Positions 1 to 12,661 of a DNA stretch of 64,000 nt are shown here, piece by piece; positions within the stretch are counted from its first letter, which is position 1; each line of letters opens with the position of its first letter. Location of the stretch: contig JALMLS010000363.1 of assembly GCA_038496445.1 (NCBI GenBank), positions 1 through 64,000 on the forward strand. Direction: 5' to 3'. Made by a program: the position numbers and the translations under genes. The DNA comes from Trichosphaerium sp. ATCC 40318 (taxonomy: Eukaryota; Protista; Tubulinea). The notes under the pieces were generated by a model, which saw nothing but the letters and a program-made list of their open reading frames with translations, was not told where the DNA came from and made no database searches.

Positions 1-3000
1 GTAATTGGTATATAGCTGCAAGGACGCGCATAATACCCTAAATAGCCTTTATCAGCATCATTGACAAAAATAGTTGATAAAAGTAGTTTTGTATTAATAC
101 GCACCATGACCCAAGGATTGGGTAGCTTAAAGTACTTTGAATTGACACAAGCAGCCTACAATCCATTGTGTTAGCACATAAATGAAAAAACCTTTACTAA
201 TAGACGTACAAGGATATGTCTTGTGAATGGAACAATAGCCACCATTGTCTTGTCTTTGCAAGAGTTGATTAAAATTTCCTAGCGGACAAAAAGTAAGTGC
301 ACGTGATTTCAACTAGTTTGTAATACCTTGAGTGGGAGTTGATTGTACTTGATTGGTATGTCTCTGGAGAGCGTTATGAGACCTAACCAACTTCCAAAGT
401 TCTTCAAAAGAGTTCTATCGGAAGCATCGGTTGCAGGAGTACCACGCTTGATGAGTTTTAAAGCTGCAGCATATGTTTTTTCTAGAATCTTTTTCTCGAG
501 CTCTTTGATGCTCAACTTCTCTACAAAACTCAAGTACGTCTTGTGAAAGTTATTTTGAGCACCAGCACGTTGTAGGACGAGGTAGTGCGCCAACCAATCA
601 TGATACTCAGGTAATAGTACTTCCTACAAATGCAAAGGTTAGCATTATACTCACAGATGGTTGTTGTAATGATACGGACCTTCATCTCTTTGACTTTGGT
701 ATCAACGTTGCCTTGTACCACATTATTGAAGATGAACTTAATCTTGTCGACTACATCTTCGGGTGGTACAAGAACATTCTCCACTTCTAGCTTACCAAGA
801 GGGCCATACGATGTATTCCACCTGGACTCAGGTGCTTGCGGTACACCATCGGTGGATGCCATGAGATCTTTGAACCCAGACATAGCAGGTGTGCGTGGTC
901 GCACAGGAGGTGGTTCGTGCACGTTGTTCTCAGTAGGCGGTACAGGTTCCGTGAACGCTTCTTTCTGGGGCATTGGCAGATTGCTCGTTGGTTCCACACG
1001 CTGTATAGGCTGTTCTGGCTTTGGTGCAGCAGGTTGAGCAAATCCGTTTAGTTGGTCTAAAACAACAAGGCGTTAGAACGACGGTTGAACCAACAACAAA
1101 AAGAAAAATCATACCATCACCTGGCATGCTTGAAGCATCTTGTCCATTTGATGCGGGCAAGTTTGGCATCTTAGCTTTTAAGTAATGAAATAGCTCTGGT
1201 TGGTGTTTCCGCAAGTGAGGTATCTGCAAAATATGGTGACAATATTGAGGCCATTCAGGTAATCTCCCTTGGAATTCTTTAACGGCTATCATACCAAAAG
1301 TAAACATCTTGCTTCCAGCAGGAGCCTAAAAATACCACTGTTAACAAAAAGCATGGTGTTGTAAACTAATAAACCTGAACGTACCTTCAGTGCCTCTAGT
1401 ACATAGCGTAGTGCTATACCAAGAGGTATATAGCTCACAAGTTGATGTTGAATCAAACTTCCGAAAAATACAGCTGTTATTTTGAGTTCCTTGTCAGGGT
1501 ACTTTGGGAAAAACCTTTTTGGTCACAAACATTAGCAACGAATGGAAGACAGGCTCCTGAAAACGAAAAGAATGTACCGATATTCATCAAATAAGTTGTG
1601 TATCATGCAAGCAAATATTTGTTGTTCTTCTGTAACTTGTGAGGCCTTGAATTGTTGCAACAATTTGATGAGCTCCTCAATTGTCATTTTTTCAGTGAAC
1701 ACACGCTGAAACAATTTGTTCGCGATTATCTCGATACGTTTAGGGAACGCCTGTTCAAAAACCAAAGTAAGTAACCAAGTCGAACAACGCACAATATAGG
1801 TTGTTGCGATTAATGGTAATTACAAATAGATACTAAGTTACATAGTTTAAAAAACAAACGATCGTCAACGGTTCATTCAACCGAGGAGAATCGCCGCGCA
1901 AATCACCTCGCAGATTCGCCATTATGCTCACATGTCTTTGTTTAGAGTGAGGTGAGCATAATGACCACCTGGTTGATTTAGGGGAGGATGAAATGCGCTT
2001 CATTTGTAATTACCAAATAACGCACGTCTTGTTTCAGAGGGAACGATTGGGGCACCTGGTCTGGAGGTAAATTTAGAGAGTTGAACTCTTCTAACTGCTC
2101 GGGTGTCATAAGGCTCACATTATCTTGGAGAGCGCTCATAAAACGTCGCATAATTTCATTAGTAAGCGCTCGTGTACCAGTTGCTAAATGCAAACAGTCA
2201 GTCAAAATCAATAAAAATTCAAATAAAATAACACAACGAAGGTTCACGCACATGCTTGTTGAATGCGGAGTTTGACATATTCTATTAGTCTTGAAATGAA
2301 AATGTCACCTCTGCTTCTGATCATCTCTTTTAACCACATGTCCAAATTCAAGTGGCCTCTTTGTGCTGCGAGAGAACCAAGCTCAAGCGAGAACAGAACG
2401 TTCGAAGAGGACTGGGCAAATGGTGAGCTGGATAAATGTAACGGTCACGAACCTCAAGAACTAGTTTAAGACCTTCCAATTCTTGTGCAATGTTTAATAT
2501 GCGCGATAACGTAGCTGCATCTTGTCTCCATGCCTGCATCATGCCGTTAATGAGCACAGATGATTCCATAGCCCAAAGCTTGCGAAGAACAACGCCAGAG
2601 CTTGGATGAGAAGGGGATAAGAACACAGGTAACAATGTTTGAATTATCTCCTCTCTAAGGGTATTAGATGGTCCTTCGGGCCTGGACTGTACTACGGCTA
2701 GCAACAAAACCTAATCGAGATTTAGCACCACTATGTTTCGTTTATACACGTACTTCTGGACACTGCTTTGCAGGGTACTCAAAAACAGATCTAACAGCAG
2801 CATAACGCTCATACGAAAGTGTAAGCAAAGTCTCAACAAGTGAGACAGATAACCAGTTCTGAAGAATGACAGCAGTCTTAGGGGAAACATTGAGGTGAAT
2901 ATCCAACGAAACCAACTTGGTAGGGGAGCACTGGAGGAGGTTGAATACTTCTGGAGGTGAATTTACGATCAACTTCAATAAGGATAGTTGGCCAGCAGTG

Positions 3001-4958
3001 TTCTTCCATATGTTGAAGAGCGCATCAGATGGAAATTGTTCCTTGAAGAATTACATTAATCACGGTTTCACCAATGTACAACCACCAAAAAAAAAATAAG
3101 ATACCTTAGTGCCTCGGTAATACGCTGTCATGATGAACTTGAGGCCAGTCATATCGGTCAAAATAAATTCTGGGTAATCTAAACTACGCATGATCTTTGG
3201 CCACGAAACTTGTCCACACTAACACATCCACGCAGTCAGTACACCGCAGACTGTAAAGTAAAAAAGCGTACCACATCATTAATGCCATCAGCAACGACAT
3301 TAGGATTCCAAGACTTTGCACCTTCTGAGCCAAAGCTGTCATACAAAGGCTTCGAGTTGTAGAGAGGTACTGAGGTTTTTGGATTGAGCGACATGACAGT
3401 ACGTGCCATCATGCCAATCAATATTGCCAACTTCGTCTCGTTAAGTGCGCCAAACTGCTGTAGTTGCTGCAATACATTCTTGAAAGCCTCTACAGATGCA
3501 GTAGCCTTGTATCCAAGATCCAATACAACCGCTGTGAACGAGTACGATCTCTTGAGCGCTTGAATAAATTCTCTATTGGCTTCTGGCTATTTTACCGTCT
3601 TAGATCGGGCTAAAATGACATGTGTACGTACACTATTGACTTGTTGAACCAAGCCTGGATTAGTTGACGTTGAGGGCATAACTAAAGGTAAAAGTTCCGG
3701 CGGCATGTTCAATACTGGGCTTCCACCAGCAGCATCCGGTACCATATACCACTTTTTAATGTGTTCTGTGGCCACTCTATATTCGTCTTGAAAGCCTTTA
3801 AAAAAAAAACTTAGCCTAACACAAGCGCCAACAAGAATGAGTGTTCCTCACCTGGTTCCGTCTTGAGGAAAGCCAAAAGGGAATGTATCATATTAGTAGA
3901 CAGTTTATCACGACACTTGTCAATCTCTAAGACGCTTTTCTTGAGCGTAAACCGACCTAAAGGAAAGTAAGACACAGCGTCACAATAAAAATAATTTATT
4001 TAAATTGCGCACCAAGCTCCATTAATTTTTGATTGGATGATTTCGCGAAACTGAGATGTAACAATACCACATGCGGTAGCGAGAGACCAAGATGCTGAGC
4101 AATGTCATTCAACTTCTCTTCAGTGAGGTGCATTGACGGGGCATGTCCTGAACGATTCCTGTTCTAGACAAACATATTAATGGATCACAAACCAACCAAC
4201 CGACTTTTTTAGAATAGTAAACGGGGTTTTTAGCAAAGGAGAAATTATATTCGCTGTGGAAAACCCAGAAACAAGAAAAACAAGAATTGAAACTGGAATA
4301 AAGCGCAATTGCGTTCGTACGCTTGGGTTGGTGCCAGGGAAGGCCATTTCGAATGATTGGCAAACCATTGATACAAAATTCGGCATAGCGTACAGTTGGT
4401 TCATAAAAAGAGCGAGAACCTGATCGTTTAAGTTAATAACAGTTGCAGTGTGGTCAAAAGAAAACGATTTTTTTTTTTTTTGTTCTTTGCAGAAATTTGA
4501 AACGTGGCGCCACCAACGCATCCAGTTATGTCGGCGTAGAGTAATTGTGAGGGTAAAACAATAAAATCGTTTCAACGATGCAAATACTCATTGCAAAAGA
4601 TTCCGAGCGATGTGGGGTAATTGATATAGCAAGACACTCATGTACCTGACTCCGTGCTTGATCTTTGCCAGACCTGTCCTTGAAGTCCACGAATGACAAT
4701 AAGGTCCCAACAATGTAAACCAATGTATCATCTCCATATTGTCGAACCAACTAAACGTGTTTGTGGGCGTTGATGCATCGTACTAGTTATCACACGCAGA
4801 AGGCGTTTAAACGCCATCCTGAGTGAAAGAACAGAAGCACGCACGTTGGTAAGCTCTACCGCGTATTGCTTCGCGTTGTTATTTGTCAACTCAGCTACAT
4901 AGTGGCGAATTTGCGTCGCTACGATGTTTGATATGGTGTTGCCTGAGCTTCTAAACAT
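1..4958 (-). CDS. CNOT1: CCR4-NOT transcription complex subunit 1, multi-exon, 3' end beyond window start
   Basis: Spliced translation gives NOT1 motifs: '[15 protein letters not shown]', '[32 protein letters not shown]', '[10 protein letters not shown]', '[25 protein letters not shown]'. ATG at 4958 ([19 protein letters not shown]). Confidence 0.95.
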
Positions 4959-5241
4959 TTTTTATCTTGGGGTCGTATACGTTGTTAATTCTCACGACCA
5001 CACTCTAGTAATGTATGCGCTTACCACGCGCACATCGGCTGTTGTTTAAACGCCTGCGAAATTGTTTTACAGCAACAATAAGTTTAACTGTTTAAGTCGA
5101 CCCAAAAATTAATACAATACATTTACACAAGTGCCATCCATAAATAATCGTCTTATTTACGGAGGTAATCAACTATCAGCCAAGTAATTTGCGGTGATAC
5201 AAATAATCTTTTAAATTGGATGGTGCACGCTATTGTTGGTT

Positions 5242-7814
5242 ATGAGTGAATCAGATTTACCCGTTGTAACAACACCGCCGATGCGCCCTCGTAGCGACAA
5301 ATGGCAGCGCGGACGAACGCGGGACTTTATTTATAACACCAGCAGACCCACTGAGCCGAATGCAAGGTATTTGCGTATTATTGTTTATTTGTATTTTCCT
5401 AACACGCTGTCAGACCCACTAGAGTGCGTGGTGAGAGTATTGGCATTGCAAGGAGAGACAGCGCGAGCGCCAGACCGCACGTTAGCGAAAGCATACCAAT
5501 CGACTCTAGTAGAACGCGCATTCGTTCCTCTGTTGTGACAGCAACCAGTCCCCCTCAACGAAGAGGTGTTATGTCAATCCCACCACTATCGGTATACATT
5601 TGGCATCTTTGCCAAAACGCAGTTATTTACCTTTTTTAGCATGCCAACTCAGCCGCGTTTTTATTGCGCTCACCGCCGCCTCTCAGATTTGCTAGCCCAA
5701 AACTGGCTAGGTATGTCAAATGACGTGAAAAAAAAAAATTAGTCGGTAGAACATGTCAATAACAGCTTGTATTAGATCCCAAGGAGCAATTCAAATGTCA
5801 CCTCAACGCGCGAAAACCAAATCAGCTCCTATTAGCGTCACTGGTAGTGTAAAAGAAGGCTACACTATTTCATATTTTGGTCAAGAACCGAGAATGGCTG
5901 TCAGTGGCCCAGAAGAGACAATGTCGCCATTGTTGAAGAAGAAGCAAAACAATAAGCTGATGCAACAGGTACTAAAAAAAAAACTGCGGAGGGTTCTAGT
6001 TGTTAGCTGCTGGGTTAATCTTGTTTTTTTTTATTTCCTGTTTTTACATTTGGGCAAATGACACGTCTACACAATTACCATGAGATTGACGTGTAATTGT
6101 ACGCAGGTTGAAAAATATTTGGGTGTGTTGAAGGGTAGACTGTCTATTAAGTTCCAAGACAAGAACGATCTGATTCAAGAGCTGACAACGCTTCGTGAGG
6201 AGAACAAGAATATACTGCTTGAACTCTCGAACCGTGCGAATAGAACTCTTATAATGAGGTGAGTCGTGCATGCATCTGCTACAGAACTCCTCATTGATGA
6301 TTGTGCATTAGATATCGTGATTTGGCAAAAGTAAAACAATTGCGTGCTGAAAGTCGTGTAAGGTCAGTTTCGTCACGTCACAATTTTGTAGCAGTAGGCG
6401 CTTATTAGCTTTCTAGATTAGCAGAAGCATCTATTGAAGCTATTTCATCTAAAGTTGCGAATGTGAATGCAATCATCACTGCTTGGCGTAGCGGCAAACC
6501 AAAACCTAACATTCAAATATATCCGCATTTTTATGTCAGTGTAAAGGGTAACGTGATATACTTGTTATGATAAGCTAATATTTTTATGCATAGATATATG
6601 CAAGAAGCATGATGAGTATAGAAAAGCGCATTACTCTCTGAGGGTACGTGAATAAGGTGATGATTACAAACTTGAATTTCTGACTTTTTGGTTGCTCTGT
6701 TTAGTGCCTGAATATACAAGTCAAATTAGTACACAGACAGTACGTACTTGTTGCCGCTCGCGTAACACCTATGCGATCACAAAGGACGCGAAGCAAAGTG
6801 TTAAAGAGCATACTGGCCGCATCACCACCCATGTCAGAGAGTAGACCTCATTGTCCAGAGGCCTACAATCTACAAATGGACTTTGATCAGTTCATATTTG
6901 ATAGTGCTTATCCTGAAGGCATGTGTTTTATCGTGTAACGTTATTTTTAGTTGCTAAGATTGTTGTAGGAAAGCAACTTAAATTCCTTTTTGGGCAACTT
7001 GAGACGAGTATAGCGTCTGTTCAACCACAAGAGATAATATCATTCCTTGAAGGCATGGTTAACACGATAATTTCAGGTAAAACTACATGAGCTCTCGTTT
7101 GATGTTTTTTAACCTTTGTTAGATCACTCCATCGCTACAGAAGAGTTTGAGCGTGTTTATCTTTATCTCGAACGCTCAGTATTTCCTAAAATTCAGAACC
7201 AACTATTGAAAATAACGTGCATTGATACTGTAGACTTTGATGAGCACAATGAGATGTTTTTGCAAGGTTTGAGATTAATGTCAGTCCATTTCCACTACTT
7301 ACTTTGTACAGGTCAAGCTCACTTACGAGCGCAACCCGTTAGTTCATATGGTATACCTTCTGTACTTGAAAATCCTCCAGAGCTTTTCGCCTCAGCGATT
7401 GATACGTTATCCTATTTATCCTATCAGACAGTGCGTAACAAAACATTATTTATTTCAAAAGGAACTAATTTTATTCATCTCAGTGCCCTTGTGATATTGC
7501 GTACGTAATGGCAGATGCTTTGGATAAGATAGCAACAGTGGCTCAAGACAAAGAAGGACCCCTAGGTACGCCGAATAAAAAAATGAACAATTTGTAGCTA
7601 CAAATGTCTAACTTTGCGATTAGGTGCTGATGTACTATTTCCTATTGTTCTATTTTGTTTGACACAATCAGAGACTTTGTGCCTTCAAGAGACTTTATTT
7701 ATTGTCAAGAATTTTTCGAGCTCAGCTGAATGCCGTGGTCCTCTGGGATACAGTGTAGCGACAGTTGATGCTGCAGCTTCCCATATAAAAGTTGCCCTAG
7801 ACGAGGCTACGTAA
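5242..7814 (+). CDS. VPS9-domain Rab5-family GEF with central coiled coil, multi-exon
   Basis: C-terminal exons 'GADVLFPIVLFCL...GPLGYSVATVDAAASHI' match the VPS9 catalytic D/P/Y/T pattern. Coiled-coil exon 'QDKNDLIQELTTLREENKNILLEL'. The N-terminal exon structure is less certain. Confidence 0.75.
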
Positions 7815-8482
7815 TGGCAGAATTGTAACAGCTAGGGTGGACCTGTTTATTGGGTTTTACTTGGTTTTTAACATCAACCAACGTGGGAGCTGCTTAGCAA
7901 GAAGAGCAACACCCTGTATGATGCGCCTCAAAAGGTGCAGCGTGTCGGAAACTTGTCAAAACGAGTAGCATTGATATCGTTCAACGCGGAGAAGAGAAGT
8001 CAGCACAGTTAAGAGATATTTGTTGATGGAGTGCAGATTATGAGATGAATAAAAATATTATTGGGCACTATCTACGCGTTGTCTTATTTGCTGTGCAGTT
8101 CTTGCTGTATTTATATGTGACTAAAGTGATGTCTCGTATTTAACAATAATTTGTAGAATGACCCAAGATATGTTGCACTTAATAAAAGCTCTGATAGCTT
8201 CAAGCAAGTATTGTACAGGGCAGGTGAGTGATGTAAGCCACCTACTGCTATAACTTCGGAGAATGAAGAAGACTGCAACGGACAACTCCAAAGGTATTGG
8301 AGGTCTACAAAACAACTGTGACACCGATTTTAAGACTGAAAACTTGAATACTACTTTTCCATTGATGGTCTTTACAAAAGTGCTTTGTCTTGGACCAGAA
8401 TCTGTAACGTGTCCGTGCTCTTAAGAAACATATTGACTTTCGGTTATCTCTTGTACCGTTATTTAACCCTGTTCAACTAAAT

Positions 8483-8976
8483 ATGTCGAACGGTTCGAAC
8501 AAGATTGAGCTCCCACTGGTACATGATGAGCTCTTGTCTTCTGACATGGAGGTTCTATCGTTCTCTTCAGAAGATGTTTCAACGCATAGTGGTTTCTCCC
8601 TGTACCTTGATGTGCCCTCTTCCGACGAGGAAGCAGATCCGGTATCTAACGATACATATAGCGCTCTGAAAGCATTACAATGCGAAGGTGTGCTCTACAA
8701 AATATACCCTTGAATTTACCTTTTGGGCGTTACTCATTGCCTAAAGCTCACCTTTACACAGCCGATGTAACTGAAGCTGCCGAGCTACGCAAAACAGTTT
8801 GTGAGCAACTTGAACATGTGTTTGCTCAGCTTCAACAATATAAACTGGACCCCGAAGACCCACAAAATACATTAGCATGGTTTGGCTACGATTTCTACTT
8901 GAGAATTTACTCACTTAATTGTTGTAGGGTGGTGAACCTAAATAAGTTTGCGCAGTCCTTGCATACTACTGATTAG
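8483..8976 (+). CDS. Small hypothetical protein, acidic N-terminus, 3 exons
   Basis: ATG 8483; two GT-AG introns join to '...LQCEAHLYTADVTEAAELRK...TLAWVVNLNKFAQSLHTTD*'. No recognisable domain. Confidence 0.45.
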
Positions 8977-9178
8977 TTGCCCAGCGCATCGGCTGATACT
9001 GCCCAATAAATGTCCTTTGTGTAACCTTTGACACATTCATATTGAGTCCTGATTGTCCGTTGTCGTGCCATTTCTATAATTTTCTTAGGAGTCTTAGGAA
9101 ACCAACTTACGACAACAACTGTTAAGTGAATTTCAGTACAAAAACCAAATAGTATGCTCCCACAAACTGAAAATTGGG

Positions 9179-10834
9179 ATGAAAACCATTTGTAACACAG
9201 TATTGCGTAATACAGGGCATGCTCTGTGGGTATTTGCGCTGCTTCTGCTTATTTATTTTACAATAACAACGAAAAGCTTTGTTTTGGCTCTCATTACGTG
9301 TTTATATGCGATTGCGCTGGTAAAAAACGTATTTAGCCAAAAGGTACACAATCTTATTTACACAACACCAATACGCGTAGAAACGCACTCCCACGTTCAA
9401 AAAACCCCGTGTGATAGTACTTGGAGCCGGTTTTGCCGGTCTCACTGTGGCTAACGCCTTAAACAAGGTAAAATATGTTTAAATACATAATTCATCGTAT
9501 TGTAGAACATTTTTGAGGTCATTGTAATTGACAAACGTCAGCATTTTGAATTTACACCAAGTGTTCTCCGTGTGAGTGTATATCCATCAATGGCATCGAG
9601 ATTGCAGGTACATTCATAGCTTTCTGAGCACGTGACTTACGTTTGTTTTTTTTTTAGGTGCCTTTTTCAAAGTTTCTGCAATGTCAATACATTCAATCTG
9701 GCGTGGCATCAATGGATCAGTCACGAGTTATCTTAGACAATGGAGATACAATTTGTTACGATTATGCCGTGATAGCAACTGGCTCGAGCTACAGTACAGA
9801 AGGTATACAGATACATGTACCACCTCTGGTTTCTGATGGTTTTTCTTCAGGGTGCATGGAACATCTCGTCTCACCACAAACAGGAACGAGTTTGGCGCAA
9901 CAAGCTAATATGCTACGATCAGCTAGATCAGTATTGATAGTAGGAGGTGCGTTAGAAATGAGGTGACATCAAAAAGTGTAACTCATACAAAAGGTGGCAT
10001 TGTTGGCGTAGAACTTGCTGCAGAGATTGTGACTGCGATGCCTGATAAAGACGTCTCCATTGTTCATAGTCACTCAAAATTGATGCCACGCATCCCTGAA
10101 AGAGCCTCAACATACGCAGAATCCTTTCTACGTCGGCACAGTACGCTAAAAAATGATGAAACCAAAAGCTAACTTAAGCCAGATGTTAAGCTCTACTTGG
10201 ACCAAAAAGTCGTCAAAGCAGATAACACTACGTTCCATACCAACACTGGTGCAGTCATTGATTGTGATATCGCCTTTGGTTGCGCTGTAAAAAAGCCATG
10301 TTCAGAATTTATTCATCTTGCAGGCACTATTCCATCTTCTAGTTCCTCTAAATAAACGTTTGACAATGTCTAGGTGCTAAGGACGCGCGAGGGTATGTAT
10401 GTGTGAATTCTTTCCTGCAAGTTGCTGGCACACAAAAAAATGTGTTTGCGTGTGGTGATATTGCGTCCATCGAAGAGGAGAAGCTGGCACAATCCGCTGA
10501 AATTCAAGGGCACGTAGTCGCATCCAATATAACGTACGTGCCCAGAACTTGTAGCGTACCTAATTAGACGGATAGGGCCTTGCAAGAAGAGCTCCCTGAG
10601 TCAATGAAAACTTACAACGCTGTTGATCGGATTGTCGTTATTTCTCTCGGGATGTTTGATGGTACGCTCGTATGGGGCGATTTTATTCTGCAAGGAACTG
10701 TGTTGCGTCTTATCTCAGTAATTTTAAAGCCTTTGATTGAAATCAAAACACTCATGCCGCTGTGGGGGCGCTGTGCCGTACGTTGGGCATTTTGTTGTAA
10801 TGGCACACGCGTAGAAAAGGAAGTTGAAGTGTGA
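9179..10834 (+). CDS. AIFM2/FSP1(AMID)-like FAD/NAD(P)H oxidoreductase with N-terminal hydrophobic segments
   Basis: Rossmann motifs 'RVIVLGAGFAG', 'YDYAVIATGSSY', 'VLIVGGGIVGVELAAEI', 'NVFACGDI'. Start codon uncertain. Confidence 0.8.
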
Positions 10835-11204
10835 ACTTGATCCGGGAAAACAAATTGTACAAAATAAAAGTGTAGTGTAACAATAGAAAGTTGTCTATTT
10901 CCATGTGAGTTTCACGTGTAAAAACGGGTCGATTTATTTACTGTTTCTCGCGCTAGCAGTAACAAAAGTTTTTTTTACCGCAATTGATTAGGAACGCCTA
11001 CCAATCTACCACAAACGCATATAAAGTACCACACAACCACAATGGGTATTTTTAACTAAATCTCCGTGGGGTCACTTCCTTTTGCGAAAGACGCATTGTA
11101 AAACTAAACAACACGCGTAGAAGAGAACGCTAAGAAGGCTAAAACAGTATTAAGTTTTTTCTGTTCTCACAATCGCTTAAATCTACCATTCTTCTACACT
11201 CACT

Positions 11205-12363
11205 ATGACTGACGTAGCAGCATACAAAAAAGCATACACTGCCCTTCGCGCTTTGGTAAAGGGTTCGTAGTAAAAAGGAGAAAATTGAGTTCAAGTATTA
11301 ATTTTCTTTTAGCCAAAGGATGTGGTCCAATCCTCGTACGTTTGGCTTGGCATGACGCCGGCACTTTCTGTAAGAATTCTGGAACAGGTGGTGCTAATGC
11401 TACTATGCGCCATGCTCCTGAAGCTGGCCACGGTTGTAACAATGGGTACGCGAAGCAACAACTTTATCCTAGTGACTGCTAACGCGCCACAGTCTTAACA
11501 TTGCTCGTGATCTACTAGCTGAGCTTAAGAAAGAATACCCAACCATCACATGTACGCTCCCTATCCATTTGAAAGCAACTAAAACCTACTAGTGGCTGAC
11601 TTCTGGCAACTCGCTGCTGTCGCCGCTGTTGCTGAGATGGGCGGCCCTAACGTCGTTTTCAGACCTGGTAGAAGTGATCAACCAGTACGTATTTTAAATT
11701 CCAAAAAGAAAAAATAAATTACGAACTCGGCTTGTTACGCCGTAATACGATCGTAAATACCTCGTACAGTACCATACTAATGCGTTCTTGCAGGAAGACA
11801 AGTGCACACCTGACGGTCGCTTGCCTGACGGCGATAAGGGTGCTGACCACATTCGCTGCATCTTCGGTAGAATGGGATTTGACGACAAAGATATGGTAGC
11901 CCTCTCTGGCGCCCACACTTTGGGGTACGATTTTTTTTTTTTTTTTGTTTTTTTTCATCACTTTTTGGTAAATTTGCTCATCTTTTACTTAGTCGTTGTA
12001 ACGCCGACCGTTCCGGTTTCGTTGGACCATGGACCGCTGAACCACTCAAGTTCGACAACAGCTACTTCACCTCTCTATTTGATGAGACATGGGTAAAAAA
12101 TGAGTCAGCAAAACAATTGCAATACAAAGATTCTACTGGAAAGTTGATGATGCTCGAGACCGATTTGGCACTCACCAAGGACCCTAAATTCAAGGTCTTT
12201 GCTGAGAAATACGCCAAGAGCCAAGCTGATTTCTTCGCTGACTTTGCTGTTGCTTTCCAAAAATTGCAAGAGCTCGGTAACGCTAAGGTACACAACAACA
12301 TTTTTTTTTATACGTGAACTAACTGTTTGTGCTTTTTAGCTCGGAGAACCTATTGCTTTTTAA
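11205..12363 (+). CDS. APX: Class I heme peroxidase, ascorbate peroxidase-like
   Basis: '[16 protein letters not shown]' (distal R/W/H), '[25 protein letters not shown]' (proximal H, APX-type R, W), '[10 protein letters not shown]'. Stop TAA 12361-12363. A possible upstream start exists at 11042. Confidence 0.9.
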
Positions 12364-12661
12364 AAAAGTATCCAGATCTTTTGCATTGAGACAATAAAGC
12401 CCTTTATTATTTTTGCCCAAACCCTGTCGTTTATTCTTTCGTACTCACGTGATCGCGCGGTAAATAGCCTTTTTTCAACACCAACTTTTTGAGGAACAAT
12501 ATTAATTAATTCTCTAAGTACCCCTTATTAACCACCTGAGTCCAAATGTCGCTTTTTTGAACTATGTATCTTCATTCTAGATTTTTATCGGGTTTGTAAA
12601 TCCGCAATAACCGGACTTAACCCCACGTGGCTTGCCGGTTTGTGCACAATTACCTAACACA

